Part shown: piece by piece, positions 48,343-61,347 of the stretch
Layout: the number at the start of each line of letters is the position of its first letter
Position numbering within the stretch: the first letter of the stretch is position 1
The notes under the pieces: model-generated
Database searches by the model: none
What the model was told of the DNA's origin: nothing
The model's input: the letters and a program-made list of their open reading frames with translations, nothing else
NCBI RefSeq assembly: GCF_963921235.1
Contig: NC_086097.1
Span: 9,114,001 to 9,178,000 of the forward strand
Source of the DNA: Mobula hypostoma
Taxonomy: Eukaryota
Reading direction: 5' to 3'
DNA length: 64,000 nt
Position numbers and translations under genes: made by a program

Positions 48343-48869
48343 TCCAGTTCTTTTTTAAAGCAGTATTCAAAATAGACACACACACACCCTGAAGCAAATC
48401 GTGGAGATTTCTTGCAGAAGGCAAGTTCTGCTGGGCACGGTTCTCAATTAATTAATGCTGGTGGTCAAGAAGCAGTTAGTGTTTTGACAGCTTCTGCACT
48501 GTTATCAATGCACAATGCATGTTGTGTAGCCTGTTAAAGCAGAGTTCCCTTTCCTATTGCCCTCTCATAAAGTAGGTCATGCTTGCCTGATACACCATGT
48601 CAAATTGCAGCTACAATGAGTCTGGTAAATATTAAAAGCTCCTGTGTGCAAATGTGGTCTGACTTGCTACTAGAGCAGAGGGTGCAAAGCTACTGATTAG
48701 CTTCAGAAGCCAGGAGCAGATTGTGTTCATACAATACTGCCTATATTAAACACTGGAACATGAAGTAATTCATATTTTATCTGACCAAGGCTATTATGGG
48801 GAGTATTTTTTTATATTTCATAATCATTGCTGCCATCATCCTCGTAGCCCTCTTCTCTTTGCTGCCATC

Positions 48870-49625
48870 ACAGAGGAGATACAGGAGCCTGAAGGCACAC
48901 ACTCAATGATTCAGGAACAACTTCTTCCCCTCCACCATCAGATTTCTGAATGGACAATGAACCCAAAAACACTACCTTAATATTTTTTGTCTTGTTTTGC
49001 ACTACTAAATTATTTAACCATTTAATGTATATAGTCATACTGTAATTCACAGTTTTTTTCTCTATTGTTATGTATTGTAATTTACTACTGCTGCAAAGTT
49101 AACAAATTTCATAACATATGCCAGTGATATTTAATATCATTGACAGATGTCGTGAAATTTGTTGTTTTGCAGTAGCAGGACATAATAATAAAAAAACTAT
49201 AAATTACAATAAGAAATGCATATGAGAGTTATGCTAAATAAGTAGTGCAAAAAGAGAACAAAAGTAAAGAAAAAAATTATTGAGGTTCATTGTCCGTTCA
49301 GAAATCTGATGACAAGGGTGAAGAAGGTGCTCCTGAATCATTGAGTGTGTGCCGTCAGGCTCCGGTACCTCCTCCTTGATATTATCAATAAGAAGAGGGT
49401 ATGTCCTAGGTGATGGGGGAGGTCCTTAATGAATGTTGGGCATCACCTTTTGAAGATGTCCTCTATACTGTCAATACATCTGTCAGAACAGAAAAGGCTG
49501 CAGCTTTTACCGATCCAGTGCATTGGGCCTCTACACAAGACAGTGATGTTACCAGTTAGAATGCTCTCCTCAGTACATTTGTGGAAATTTTCCTGAGTAT
49601 TTGGTGACATAGCAAGTCTCCTTAA
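48870..49625. mobile_element. Two Rex1-type 3' fragments tail to tail (+ ~48870-49130; - ~49130-49625)
   Basis: aggagcctgaaggcacacactcaatgattcaggaac on the + strand and its reverse complement at ~49330-49365. Confidence 0.7.
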
Positions 49626-49721
49626 ATTTTAAAGAAATTATTATAGTATAGCTGCTATACTATAATAATTGTTTTAACTTAAGTTGAAACCTTAGTTATT
49701 TCAGAGGAATGTAGTACTGAA

Positions 49722-50511
49722 TAGTCATAGTCATAGTCATAGACATACTTTATTGATCCCAAGGGAAATTTGGTTTCGTTACAGTTGCACCAACCAAGAA
49801 CAGAGTATAAGTATAGCCATATAAAACCATAAATAATTAAATAATAATATGTAAATTATGCCAGGAAATGTCTAGGACCAGCCTATTGGCTCAGGCTGTC
49901 TGACCCTCCAAGAGAGGAGTTGTAAAGTTTGATGGCCACAGGCAGGAATGACTTCCTATGCATCTCGGTGGTATGAGTCTCTGGCTGAATGTACTCCTGT
50001 GCCCAACCAGTACATTATGTAGTGGATGGGAGACATTGTCCAAGATGGCATGCAACTTAGACAGCATCCTCTTTTCAGACACCACCGTCAGAGAGTCTAG
50101 TTCCACCCCCACAACATCACTGTCCTTACGAATGAGTTTGTTGATTCTGTTAGTGTCTGCTACCCTCAGCCTGCTGCCCCAGCACACAACAGCAAACATG
50201 ATCGCACTGGCCACCACAGACTCGTAGAACATCCTCAGCATTGTCTGACAGATGTTAAAGGACCTCAGTCTCCTCAGGAAACAGAGACGGCTCTGACCCT
50301 TCTTGTAGACAGCCTCAATGTTCTTTGATCAGTCCAGTTTATTGTCAATTCATATCCCCAGGTATTTGTAATCCTCCACCATGTCCACACTGACCCCCTG
50401 GATGGAAACAGGGGTCACTGGTGCCTTAGCCCTCCTCAGGTCCACCACCAGCTCCTTAGTCTTTTTCACATTAAGCTGCAGATAATTCTGCTCACACCAT
50501 GTGACAAAGTT
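49722..50511 (-). mobile_element. Rex1/Babar 3' fragment (same family as 13933)
   Basis: (catagt)n, near-identity to 14070-14725, minus ORF MLRMFYESVVASAIMFAVVCWGS. Confidence 0.9.
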
Positions 50512-50983
50512 TGTAGGAGCAAGGAATCTATTTTCTGTCTGTATTGTATTTTGTGCTGTGTTTTTATTTTGGGTTACGTTAATTTGTCAAGTTGGATGGG
50601 ACGTGGTCAAAGCAAATGAGTGTAGTCACATATTGATCCTTTGTACTTTTAGTTGTTAGAGACTGCCAGGGATATGGATGTTTTTTTAGTTGACTGCTAT
50701 ATTGCTAATTTGATTACTTTAACTTTGCTTATTTAGCTTATTTCACTATCATTAGATATAAGATATAGGAGCACAATTAGGCCATTTTGCTTATCGAGTC
50801 CGCTCCTATTGATACGGTAGTTTTTTATTGTTATATGATTGTTCAACTTTGCTGATTTTATAATAAAAGTTTGAACATGCTTTTTTGACTTAGAACTCAG
50901 TTATTTGGAAGCACTTCACACAGTGTCAATTCCCTCGCTCAGTCTCTCAGCCATTTTGGGTTGTTTTTCAGGTAACCGCTACA
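50512..50983 (+). mobile_element. Possible solo LTR
   Basis: TGTAG...CTACA ends and AATAAA at ~50862. No matching TSD seen. Confidence 0.4.
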
Positions 50984-51379
50984 ATGTCTGCTGGCCATTT
51001 CCCTCCACAAATGGCTGCCTGACCCACTAAGTTCTGAGTCTGAAATCTTGTTAGTTCCTCTGGATTCGGGTATCTGAGATCTCTGTGTCTCAGTGCTGCT
51101 CGTTCATTGCTTAACCCTAGCTGTATGCTGCAAGCCCATCTCTGGAATACTGCTAATATTTAAATTTCATTTTTGGAATTTATGCTAATCAACAATCAGA
51201 GAGGGAAGATGAAAAGATAAATTTAAATATTCATAAGCACGAGAGATTCTGCAGATGCTGGAAATCCAGACCAACACACACAATGCCGAAGGAACTCAGC
51301 AGGTCAAACAGCATCTATGGAGAGGAATAAACAGTCAATATTTTGAGCTAAGAGTCTTAATCAGAACAGGACTAGAAAG

Positions 51380-52749
51380 TATTGTATATTTAATATTTCA
51401 GTAATATTTCGGCAATTTCGTTAATTAATAAGTTACAGAACCTGGGCCTCTGTACCTCCCTCTGCAATTGGATCCTCGACTTCCTAACCGGAAGACCACA
51501 ATCTGTGCGGATTGGTGATAACATTTCCTCCTCGCTGACGATCAACACTGGTGCACCTCAGGGGTAGGGTCTTAGCCCACTGCTCTACTGCTCTACGCTC
51601 TCTATACCCATGACTGTGTGGCTAGGCATAGCTCAAATGCCATCTATAAATTTGCTGGTTATACAGCCATTGTTGGTAGAATCTCAGATGGTGATGAGAG
51701 GGCTTCCAGAAGTGAGATATGCCAACTAGTGGAGTGGTGCTGCAGCAACAACCTTGCACTCAATGTTCAGTAAGACAAAAGAGCTGGTTCTGGACTTCAG
51801 GAGGGGTAAGATGAAGGAACACATACCAATCCTCATAGAGGGATCAGAAGTGGAGAGAGAGTGAGTAGTCTCAAGTTCCTGGGTGTCAAAATCTCTGAGG
51901 ACCTAACCTGGTCCTAACATATCAATGCAGCTATAAAGACGGCAAGACAGTGAAAATACTTCATTAGGAGTTTGAAGAGATTCGGTATGTCAAGTAAAAG
52001 ATTCAAAAACTTCTATAGGTGTACCGTGGAGAGCATTTGGACAAGCTGCATCACTGTCTGGTGTGGGTAGGGGCACAGGACCGAAAGAAGGCGCAGGGAG
52101 TTGTAAATTTAGATGGCTCCATCCTGGGTACTAGCCTACAAAGTACCCAGAACATCTTCAGAGAGTGGTGTCTCAGAAAGAGAACATCCATTATTAAGGA
52201 CGCCCAGCACCCAGGGCATGCATTTTTCTCACTGTTACCATCAGGTAGGAGATACAGAAGCCTGAAGGCACACACTCAGTGATTCAGGAACAGCTTCTTC
52301 CCCTCTGCCATCAGATTCCTAAATGGACATTGAACCCACGAACACTACCTCATATTTTTTATACATATTGTTTCTGTTTTTTGCACGATTTAAATCTATT
52401 CAATATACATATACTGTATTTGATTTACTTATTTATTTATTATTATTTTTCCCTCTTCTTCTATATTATGAATTACATTGAACTGCTGCTTCTAAGTTAA
52501 CAAATTTCACGACACATGCCAGTGATAATTAACCTGATTATGATATATATAGATTGATTAAGCATTCTTGTTCATTTGAATAATCCATTATGAGTTATAT
52601 GTATAAATATGTGAATTTATTCATACATCCTCACACTACCACGTGATACCCGCAACTCACTTAAAGTAAACATGAAGTTAGACTCACATTTCAGACTCTA
52701 CTGTTGTCCTTTGAATTAGTTTAATATTTTGAAGTTACAAAACGTAACA
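51380..52749 (+). mobile_element. Solo LTR with 5-bp TSD, hosting a Rex1 insertion
   Basis: gaaag at 51375-79 and 52750-54. Ends tattgtat (decayed TGTT) ... cgtaaca. Confidence 0.68.
51421..52542 (+). mobile_element. Rex1/Babar RT-to-tail fragment
   Basis: [53 protein letters not shown]. Confidence 0.85.
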
Positions 52750-53827
52750 GAAAGGAAGCGGGAAGATGCCAGAATAAGAAGGCAAACTGGGGGGGGGGAG
52801 GTGGGGGGAAGGAGTATAAGCTGGCAGGTGACAGGCGAAACCAAGTGTAGTGAAATTGCGTGGAGAGGGTGTTGAAACACTAAGCTGGGAGGTGATAGGT
52901 GGATGAGGTGAACGTGTGAAGAAGAAAGAATCTGATTGTAAAGGTGAGTGACCATGGCAAAAGAAAAGAAGGGGCACTAAAGGGAGGTGATGGGCAGGTA
53001 AGGTGAAGGAATGAGATGAGGGAAGCCTGAATGGAGAATGAAAAAACAGAGAAGAGGGAGGGGGGAGAAATTACCAGAATTTATTAGATATCCACACCTA
53101 AAATGCTGGAGCAACTCATCTGGTCTGCTGAGTCCCTCCAACATTCTGTGTGTGTTGCTTGGATTTCCAACATCTGCAGATTTTCTCTTATTTGAAATAT
53201 TATAGACAGGGAAACTATATTGCCACTGCAAGGGTAACTAATTGTTGACTAAGTAACAAACACAAATTCAGTGACATAGACAAAGTTAAGAATCACTGTA
53301 CTTCCAACTTCAACAAGATAATCAGGTCCGACCTATTTTGACAAGTTTGTTATGGAATATTACGAGAAAGGGTAAGCTTCTGTTTTGTTGAGAATTCAAA
53401 TGATTCAATAAGAGCTGAGACTCAGTTACCATTGAGCTGTGGGTTTAAATTCAGCCTGGGGAGTTTTTCTTTGTTAGATTGTAGACGAATCAAAGATTTT
53501 GGAACTTGACATGAAAACACTTCAAAGTTTAAAACAGTCTCTGACTCTCAGTTGTATTTCTTTGCAAAACAGTGACAAAAGTACAAGTGTTCCAATTTGG
53601 AAAATAAAAGCCTTCATCCAGCCATAAAGAGACTCAGCAGGTCAGGCAGCACCTATGAAAGATGGCAGAACCAGTTGATTTCTTAAATACTGGTGTTGGA
53701 AACTACTGTTTTTAAAATACTATTTACAAGTTTTTTATTTTTTAACAAACTAATCTATTTTTCATACTCACTGGCAGTAAACTAACAGTGTATTCTCTAT
53801 TTTTAATTGGCTAACTGTTAGCACATT

Positions 53828-54400
53828 AGTCATAGTCATAGTCATACTTTATTAATCCCGGGGGAAATTGGCTTTTGTTACATTTGCTCCATAAATAATA
53901 AATAGTAATAGAATCATAAATAGTTAAATAGTAATATGTAAATTATGCCAGTAAATTATGAAATAAGTCCAGGACCAGCCTATTGGCTCAGGGTGTCTGA
54001 CCCTCCAAGGGAGGAGTTGTAAAGTTTGATGGCCACAGGCAGGAATGACTTCCTATGACGCTCTGCGCTGCATCTCGGTGGAATGAGTCTCTGGCTGAAT
54101 GTACTCCCGTGCCCACCCAGCACATTATGTAGTGGATGAGAGACATTGTCCAAGATGGCACGCAACTTAGCCAGCATCCTCTTCTCAGACACCACCGTCA
54201 GAGAGTCCAGTTCCATCCCCACAACATCACTGGCCTTAATAAATGAGTTTGTTGATTCTGTTGGTGTCTGCCACCCTCAGCCTGCTGCCCCAGCACACAA
54301 AAGCAAACATGATAGCACTGGCCACCACAGACTCGTAGAACATCCTCAGCATCATCCAGCAGATGTTAAAGGACCTCAGTCTCCTCAGGAAATAGAGACC
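53828..54400 (-). mobile_element. Rex1/Babar 3' fragment (third copy of the family)
   Basis: (catagt)n; near-identical to 13940-14505. Confidence 0.9.
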
Positions 54401-54646
54401 CATATGATGCAATTGTTTTAATTCTGTAGCCTACTAATTCATTCATTCCCATCTGAGGAATTTCTTTCTTCTTATCTCTAAAAGTGATAGACTTTTCAGA
54501 AGTTCCATCTTTATTCTTCTGTCTTGCATTCCTTAGCATTAATTCCCCTCAGCATCGTTTCTCAGCTCCTTATTTAGTTTGCTTAGTATTTAGATGTTTG
54601 TTTGTACTCTAAAATAAACTGAAATCTTAAAATTAAAACTGCTCAC

Positions 54647-54669
54647 CATTCTTGACTCCCAGACGAACC
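54647..54669 (-). CDS. Weak candidate 23-nt host micro-exon (GGTTCGTCTGGGAGTCAAGAATG)
   Basis: Acceptor tttctgatccttag| and donor ATG|GTGAGC in unique AT-rich sequence. All three frames are open. Confidence 0.25.
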
Positions 54670-54934
54670 CTAAGGATCAGAAATTAAACACTAGCAACAA
54701 AAAAAGCAGAGATATATTGCCCTCCTTGGAAACGTAACTGCTAACAGTATTGGGCATTGCTTAAGTTCCATGCCTTGTAAGACTTCCCTCCACAGTGTCA
54801 AAATGTTGTTCCATTTTTAAATCAAAAGCTGCAATACTATAATGTGTCAGGAATACAAGTGAATATAAAAATACTACATTAAAGTAAGTGAGTTGCACTT
54901 CCCTCAGGTACATTTTTCTTTGTTTATTAATTTT

Positions 54935-55350
54935 ATTTATTAACTTAGAGAAACAGTGCTGAACAAGCCCTTCCAGGCAAACCAGTCTCACCACACAGCA
55001 ACCCACCTATTTAACACTAGCCTAATCACAGAGTAATTTACAAAGAACCCTACTAACCGGGATGTCTTTGGACTGTGGGAAGAAAGTCACACAGTCATGG
55101 GGAGGACATTTCAGCTGGAACTGATCTCCAAACTCTGAGCTCTGCAATAGTTTGCACTATCTGTGGAGCCCCACTTTACGGTTTGAACGTGTCATTGGGA
55201 TTTGGAGGATACAGGAGCACCCTGTGGGGGGGGAACACAAGGTCACAGGGAGAATGTACAAATTCCACGTGGACAGCACTGGAGTTCAGGATGGAACCCA
55301 GGTCTCTGGATCTGTGAGACGGTGGCTCTACACAGCCAGCCACACTGTCA
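54935..55350 (-). mobile_element. Two adjacent V-SINE-like fragments
   Basis: gtctttggactgtggga and ggtcacagggagaatgtacaaattcc core complements. Confidence 0.65.
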
Positions 55351-55575
55351 CCCAGTCTTGTGCCTGTCACCTATGGCATTTCCTCAGAGGTAGATTTCAG
55401 ATCACAAACGGTTCATTGTCAGATGTGGAAGTAATGAAAAGTAGAGGTGGATCCCAAAACAAAACAACTCCTTCAAGATGAAACTGGCTTGCAATTCACA
55501 AGAAAAATACTATCATGTCAATTCTTTTGACAAAACGAGTTTTAAATAGATTCTAATTCCATTGTGATGAGGGTA

Positions 55576-55969
55576 TGCACACAAAATGCTGAAGGCCAGG
55601 CAGCAACTGTGGAAAAAAGTATAGTTGATGTTTTGGGCTGAAACCCTTCAGCTCTCACCTTATCCCCTTGCCTACCCATCACCTCCCTCTGGTGCTCCTC
55701 CCCCATTTTCTTGCTTCCATGGTTTTCTGTACAAGCAACTTCCCTGTCCTTTACTTCATGCCTCCCCCTCTAGGTTTCATCTATCACCTGGCATTTCTCT
55801 CTCTCTTTCCCCCACCTGTTACATCTACTCCTCAGCACTTTTTCTCCAGCCCTGCTGAAGGTTTTCAGCCTGAAACATTGACCGCACCTTTTTTCCATAG
55901 ATGTTGCCTGGCCTGCTGATTTCCTCCAGTATCTTGTGTGTGTTGCTCAGATTGTGTGTGTGCCCTCAA
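55576..55969. mobile_element. Penelope-derived element with inverted 5' end, hammerhead motif and 13-bp TSD
   Basis: tgtgatgagggta at 55563-75 and 55970-82. 55578-55652 is the inverse of ~55853-55942. CTGCTGA..GAAA at ~55852-55875. Confidence 0.8.
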
Positions 55970-56844
55970 TGTGATGAGGGTACATTGAGTATGCATCTAG
56001 GAAGAGACAGGAGAAGAAAGTACAAAGTATGTATGCTATATGCAACATTAAAATTCATTTCCTTGCAGGCAGCCACAAACCCAATGAATCCACAAAGAAA
56101 AGACAGTCAAACACCCGATGTACAGAAGAAAAAATACATTGTGCGAACAATAAAAGTGAACAACTAACATTCAGAAGTGAAGTTCATGAAAGTCAGTCCG
56201 CAGCCATGACGCCAGTTATCACTGCATTCGATTCAGGAGCCCATTAGTTGCAGGCCTCAGCCTCAGTTCAGCAGACCAGAGACAGGCAAACCTCACGGAG
56301 CAGTGAGGTGAACCCACTAACCCTCACCTCCAGCTCCAACACCCTGACCTTTTCAATCTGGCCCAGTGATTAAGTCATACAAAGTTTGTGTCATTCTTAG
56401 CTCTCGGTCCCAGGCCCTGCTGCTTCAACATGCTCTCGGGTCCGGCCCCACTGCCCTCAAATCAATAATGATTTAAACCTATAAGTAGACAAGTGAAATT
56501 TACACTTACAAAAGAATTTATATTACTTTAGAAGATTGTTTCATGACTTCAGGATATTCAGTTATAATAAATTTTCATTGAAATACATTTGAAAAGTTAC
56601 AACTATCTAAGAAAATGTTGCAGTATCACTTGAGCCAACATTCCTCCATCGTGGAAGCATCGGGAGCATGTCCTGTTCACTTTTAAATTCCCCTGCAATT
56701 ACAGTCCATTCTTAGTAATGTGTACTTTTCCCATAAGATATTCGCTCATGGGAAAATACAAAGCTAGAGATTACTGTTTAAAAATAAGGGATTATTCATT
56801 TAAGGCAGTTAATTTTTTGCTCAGAAGAACGTGAGTTTTTGAGG

Positions 56845-57405
56845 ATGCGCAGTAGAGAGCATCCTAACATGCTGCATCATTGTATGGTACGGAAACTGCG
56901 CTGTGACGGACAGGAGGGCTCTACTGCCCAATGAATCACTGGCACTAGCCTACTCAGTATCAAGGACATATTGTTAAGAAAGGTGCTGGAAACAGACCAG
57001 TAACATCATGAAGGCACTGGCCTCCCCAGCATCCAGGACATCTTCAAGGAATGATGCTTCAAAAAGGCGGCATCCATCATTAAGGACCCCATCACCCAAG
57101 ACTCGCCCTTTTCTCATTGCTAGCATCAAAGAAAAGGTAGAGGAGCCTGAAGACACACACTCAGTGTTTCAGGAACAGCTTCTTCTCCACCATCATCAGA
57201 TTTCTGAATGGACAATGAACCCATGAACACAACCTTCCTACTTTTTTTCTCTTTTTGGACTATTTATTTAATATACTTATTGCAATTATTAGTATTTTAT
57301 TACTATCATTATTAGTTTTTATTATTATGCATTGCAGTGTACTGCTGCCACATAACAACAGATTTCACAACATATACCAGTGTTACTAAACCTGATTTTG
57401 ATTCT
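56845..57405 (+). mobile_element. Rex1-type 3' fragment, apparently chimeric (the same segment appears twice at ~56937-57080)
   Basis: AVESILTCCIIVWYGN; two diverged copies of the gcact.gcct..cag.atc.aggacat segment; ctgattttgattctga tail. Confidence 0.65.
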
Positions 57406-57689
57406 GAGGGATCCTACCCACCTTGTTCAGGGGCTACTTGTCCGACTCCCATGAATGGTATTGTCATCCAACCCTATACCTATGTACTACTAAATAAAAC
57501 AATGTTCCTCCAGACCAAGGAGCATAATACAATACATATTCGGAGCAAGAAGCTGTGAGTGACGGCTGATTTTCGGAGTTAAGGCAGTTTTTACTACTTG
57601 GGGTAAAAGAGAGGCAAGACTGCGCAGGCGCATAAAACCGTAAGACAAAGGAGCTGAAGTCAGTCATTTGGCCCATCGAGTCAGCCTTA

Positions 57690-58535
57690 CCTACACCTGG
57701 TGTGTCGAGCTACAGCTCCTAAGAGACCGAGTTAGGGAACTGGAGATGCAGCTCGATGACCTTCGCCTGGTCAGGGAGAGTGAGGAGGTGATGGAAAGGA
57801 GTTATAGGCAGATGGTCACACCGGGGCCATGGGAGACAGACAAGTGGGTCACATTCAGGAGGGGGAAGGGGGAAGAGTCAGGTACTAGAAAGTACCCCTG
57901 TGGCTGTACTCCTTGACAATAAGTACTCCTGTTTGAGTACTGTTGGGGGGGACAGCCTACCTGGGGGAAGCAACAGTGGCCGTGCCTCTGGCACAGAGTC
58001 TGGCCCTGTGGCTCAGAAGGGTAGGGAAAGGAAGACGAAGGCAGTAGTGATAGTTAGGGGGTCAGACAGGCAATTCTGTAGACGCAGGAAAGAAGCACGG
58101 ATGGTAGTTTGCTCCCCAGCTGCCAGGGTCCGGGATGTTTCAGATCGCGTCCAAGATATCCTGCAGTGGGAGGGAAAACAGCCAGAGGTCGTGGTACATA
58201 TTGGTACCAATGACATAGGTAGGAAAAGGGAAGAGGTCCTGAAAAAAGAGTACCGGGAGTTAGGAAGGAAGTTGAGAAGCAGGACCGCAAAGGTAGTGAT
58301 ATCAGGATTACTGCCTGTGCCTCATGTCAGTGAGAATAGGAATAGAATGAGGTGGAGGATAAATGTGTGGCTGAGGGATTGGAGCAGGGGGCAGGGATTC
58401 AGATTTCTGGATCATTGGGACCTCTTTTGGGGCAGGTGTGACCTGTACAAAGAGGATGGGTTGCACTTGAAACCTAGAGGGACCAATATCCTGGCAGGGA
58501 GGTTTGCTAAGGCTTCTGGGGAGAGTTTAAACTAG
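57690..58535 (+). pseudogene. CR1 ORF1: Cys/leucine-zipper region plus SGNH/GDSL esterase-like domain, frameshifted
   Basis: CVELQLLRDRVRELEMQLDDLRL, VVVHIGTND, VVISGLLP and DGLHL motifs. Esterase domains are established in vertebrate CR1 ORF1. Confidence 0.85.
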
Positions 58536-61347
58536 AATTGTTGGGGGGTGGGAACTGAACTGAAGAGACTGGGGAAGAGGCGGTTGGCTCACAAATAGAG
58601 AAAGCTTGTAGACAGTGCAAGAGGGAGGATAGGCAGATGATAGAGACGGGATGTGCTCAGATGGATGGTTTGAAATGTGTCTATTTTAACGTAAGGAGTT
58701 TTGTGAACAAAGTGGATGAGCTTAGAGCGTGGATCAGTACTTGGAGATATGACGTAGTGGCCATTACAGAGACTTGGATGGCTCAGGGACAGGAATGGTT
58801 ACTTCAAGTGCCGGGATTTAGATGTTTCAGAAAGGACAGGGAGGGAGGCAAAAGAGGTGGGGGCATGGCACTGTTGATCAGAGATAGTGTCACGGCTGTA
58901 GAAAAGGTGGACGCCATGGAGGGATTGTCTACGGAGTCTCTGTGGGTGGAGGTTAGGAACAGGAAGGGGTCAATAACTTTACTGGGTGTTTTTTATAGGC
59001 TGCCCAATAGTAACAGGGATATCGAGGAGCAGATAGGGAAACAGATCCTGGAAAGGTGTTATAATAACAGAGTTGTCGTTATAGGAGATTTTGATTTCCC
59101 AAATATTGATTGGCATCTCCCTAGGGCAAGGGGTTTAGATGGGGTGGAGTTTGCGAGGTGTGTTCAGGAAGATTTCTTGACACAATATGTAGATAAGCCT
59201 ACAAGAGGAGAGACTGTACTTGATTTGGTATTGGGAAATGAACCTGGTCAGGTGTCAGATCTCTCAGTGGGAGAGCATTTGGGAGATAGTGATCATAATT
59301 ATATATCTCCTTTACAATAGCATTGGAGAGAAATAGGAACAAACAAGTTAGAAATTGTTTAATCGGAGTAAGGGGAATTATGAGGCTATCAGGCAGGAAA
59401 TTGGAAGCTTAGATTGGAAGCAGATGTCCTCAGGGGAAGTATGGAAGAAGTGTGGCAAGTATTCAAGGGATATTTGTGTGGAGTTCTGCATAAGTACGTT
59501 CCAAAGAGACAGGGAAGTTATGATAGGGTACAGGAACCGTCGTGTACAAAGGCTGTAATAAATCTAGTCAAGAAGAAAAGAAAAGCTTACGAAAGGTTCA
59601 GAGAGCTAGGTAATGTTAGAGATCTAGAAGATTATAAGGCTCATAGGAAGGAGATTAAGAAGGAAATTAGGAGAGCCAGAAGGGGCCACAAGAAGGTATT
59701 GGCGGGCAGGATTACGGAAAACCCCAAGGCATTCTACAAGTATGTGAAGAGCAAAAGGATAAGATTGAAAGAATAGAGCCTATCAAGTGTGACAGTGGAA
59801 AAGTATGTATGGAACCAGAGGAAATAGCAGAGGTACTTAATGAATACTTTACTTCAGTATTCACTACGGAAAAGGATCTTGGTGATTGTAGTGATGACTT
59901 GCAGTGGACTGAAAAGCTTGAACATGTAGATATTAAGAAAGATGATGTGCTAGAGCTTTTGGAAAGCATTAAGTTGGATAAGTCGCAGGGAGCAGATGAG
60001 ATGTACCCCAGGCTACTGTGGGAGGCGAGGGAGGAGATTGCTGAGCCTCTGGCGATGATCTTTGCATCATCAATGGGGACGGGAGAGGTTCCAGTGGATT
60101 AGAGGGTCACGAATGTTGTTCCTTTAGTCAAGAAAGGGAGTAGAGATAGCCCAGGAAATTATAGACCAGTGTGTCTTACCTCAGTGGTTGGTAAGTTGAT
60201 AGAGAAGATCCAGAGGCAGGATTTATGAACATATGGAGAGGAATAATATGTTTAGGAATAGTCACCTTGGCAGGTCGTGCCTTACGAGTCTGATTGAATT
60301 TTTTGAGGATGTGACTAAACACATTGATGAAGGAGGAGCAGTAGATGTAGTGTATATGGATTTCAGCAAAGCATTTGATAAGGTACCCCATGCAAGGCTT
60401 ATTGAGAAAGTAAGGAGACATAGGATCCAAGGGGACATTGCTTTGTGGATCCAGAACTGTCTTGCCCACAGAAGGCAAAGAGTGGTTGTAGGCGGGTCAT
60501 ATTCTGCATGGAGGTCCGTCACCAGTGGAATGCCTCAGGGATCTGTTCTGGGACCCTTACTCCTCGTGATTTTTATAAGTGACCTGGATGAGGAAGTGGA
60601 GGGATGGGTTAGTAAGTTTGCTGATGACACAAAGCTTGGAGGTGTTGTGGATAGTGTGGAGGGCTGTCAGAGGTTACAGCGGGACATTGATAGGATGCAA
60701 AACTGGGCTGAGAAGTGGCAGATGGAGTTCAACCCAGGTAAGTGTGAAGAGGTTCATTTTGGTAGATTAAATATGATGGCAGAATATAGTATTAATGTTA
60801 GACTCTTGGCAGTGTGCAGGATCAGTGGAATCTCGGGGTCTGAGTCCATAGGATGCTCAAAGCTGCTGCGTAGGTTGACTCTGTGGTTAAGAAGGCGTAC
60901 GGTGTATTGGCCTTCATCAATCGTCGAATTAAATTTAAGACCCTGGTCAGACCCCACTTGGAATACTGTGCTTGGTTCTGGTCTTCTCACTACAGGAAGT
61001 ATGTGGAAGCCATAGAAAGGGTGCAGAGGAGATTTACAAGGATGCTGCCTGGGTTGGGGAGCATGTCTTATGAGAATAGGTTCAGTAAGCTCGGCCTTTT
61101 TTCCTTGGAGCAACGCAGGATGAGAGGTGACCTGATAAATGTGTACAAGATAATGAGAGGCATTGATCATGTGGATAGTCAGAGGCTTTTTCCCAGGGCT
61201 GAAATGGTTGCCACAAGAGGACACAAGAGAATGTGCTGGGGAGTAGGTACAGAAGAGATGTCAGGGGTTTTTTTACTCAGAGAGTGGTGAGTGCGTGGAA
61301 TGGGCTGCCAGCAACGGTGGTAAAGGCGGATACGATAGGGTCTTTTA

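Larger units (their letters stand above)
51235..53190. mobile_element. Penelope-type element with inverted termini, hosting a solo LTR
   Basis: Left end gagattctgcagatgctggaaatcc..acacaca is the inverse of right end tgtgtgttgcttggatttccaacatctgcagattttctc. Purine-rich antisense UTR at 52750-53080. Confidence 0.72.

Noticed and set aside
53326..53371. Plus-strand exon candidate ending AAAGG|GTAAGC
   Set aside because: The acceptor is poor, it is on the opposite strand to the better exon, and there is no partner exon.
54647..54690. 44-nt version of the micro-exon using the stronger upstream acceptor
   Set aside because: It has stops in all three frames.
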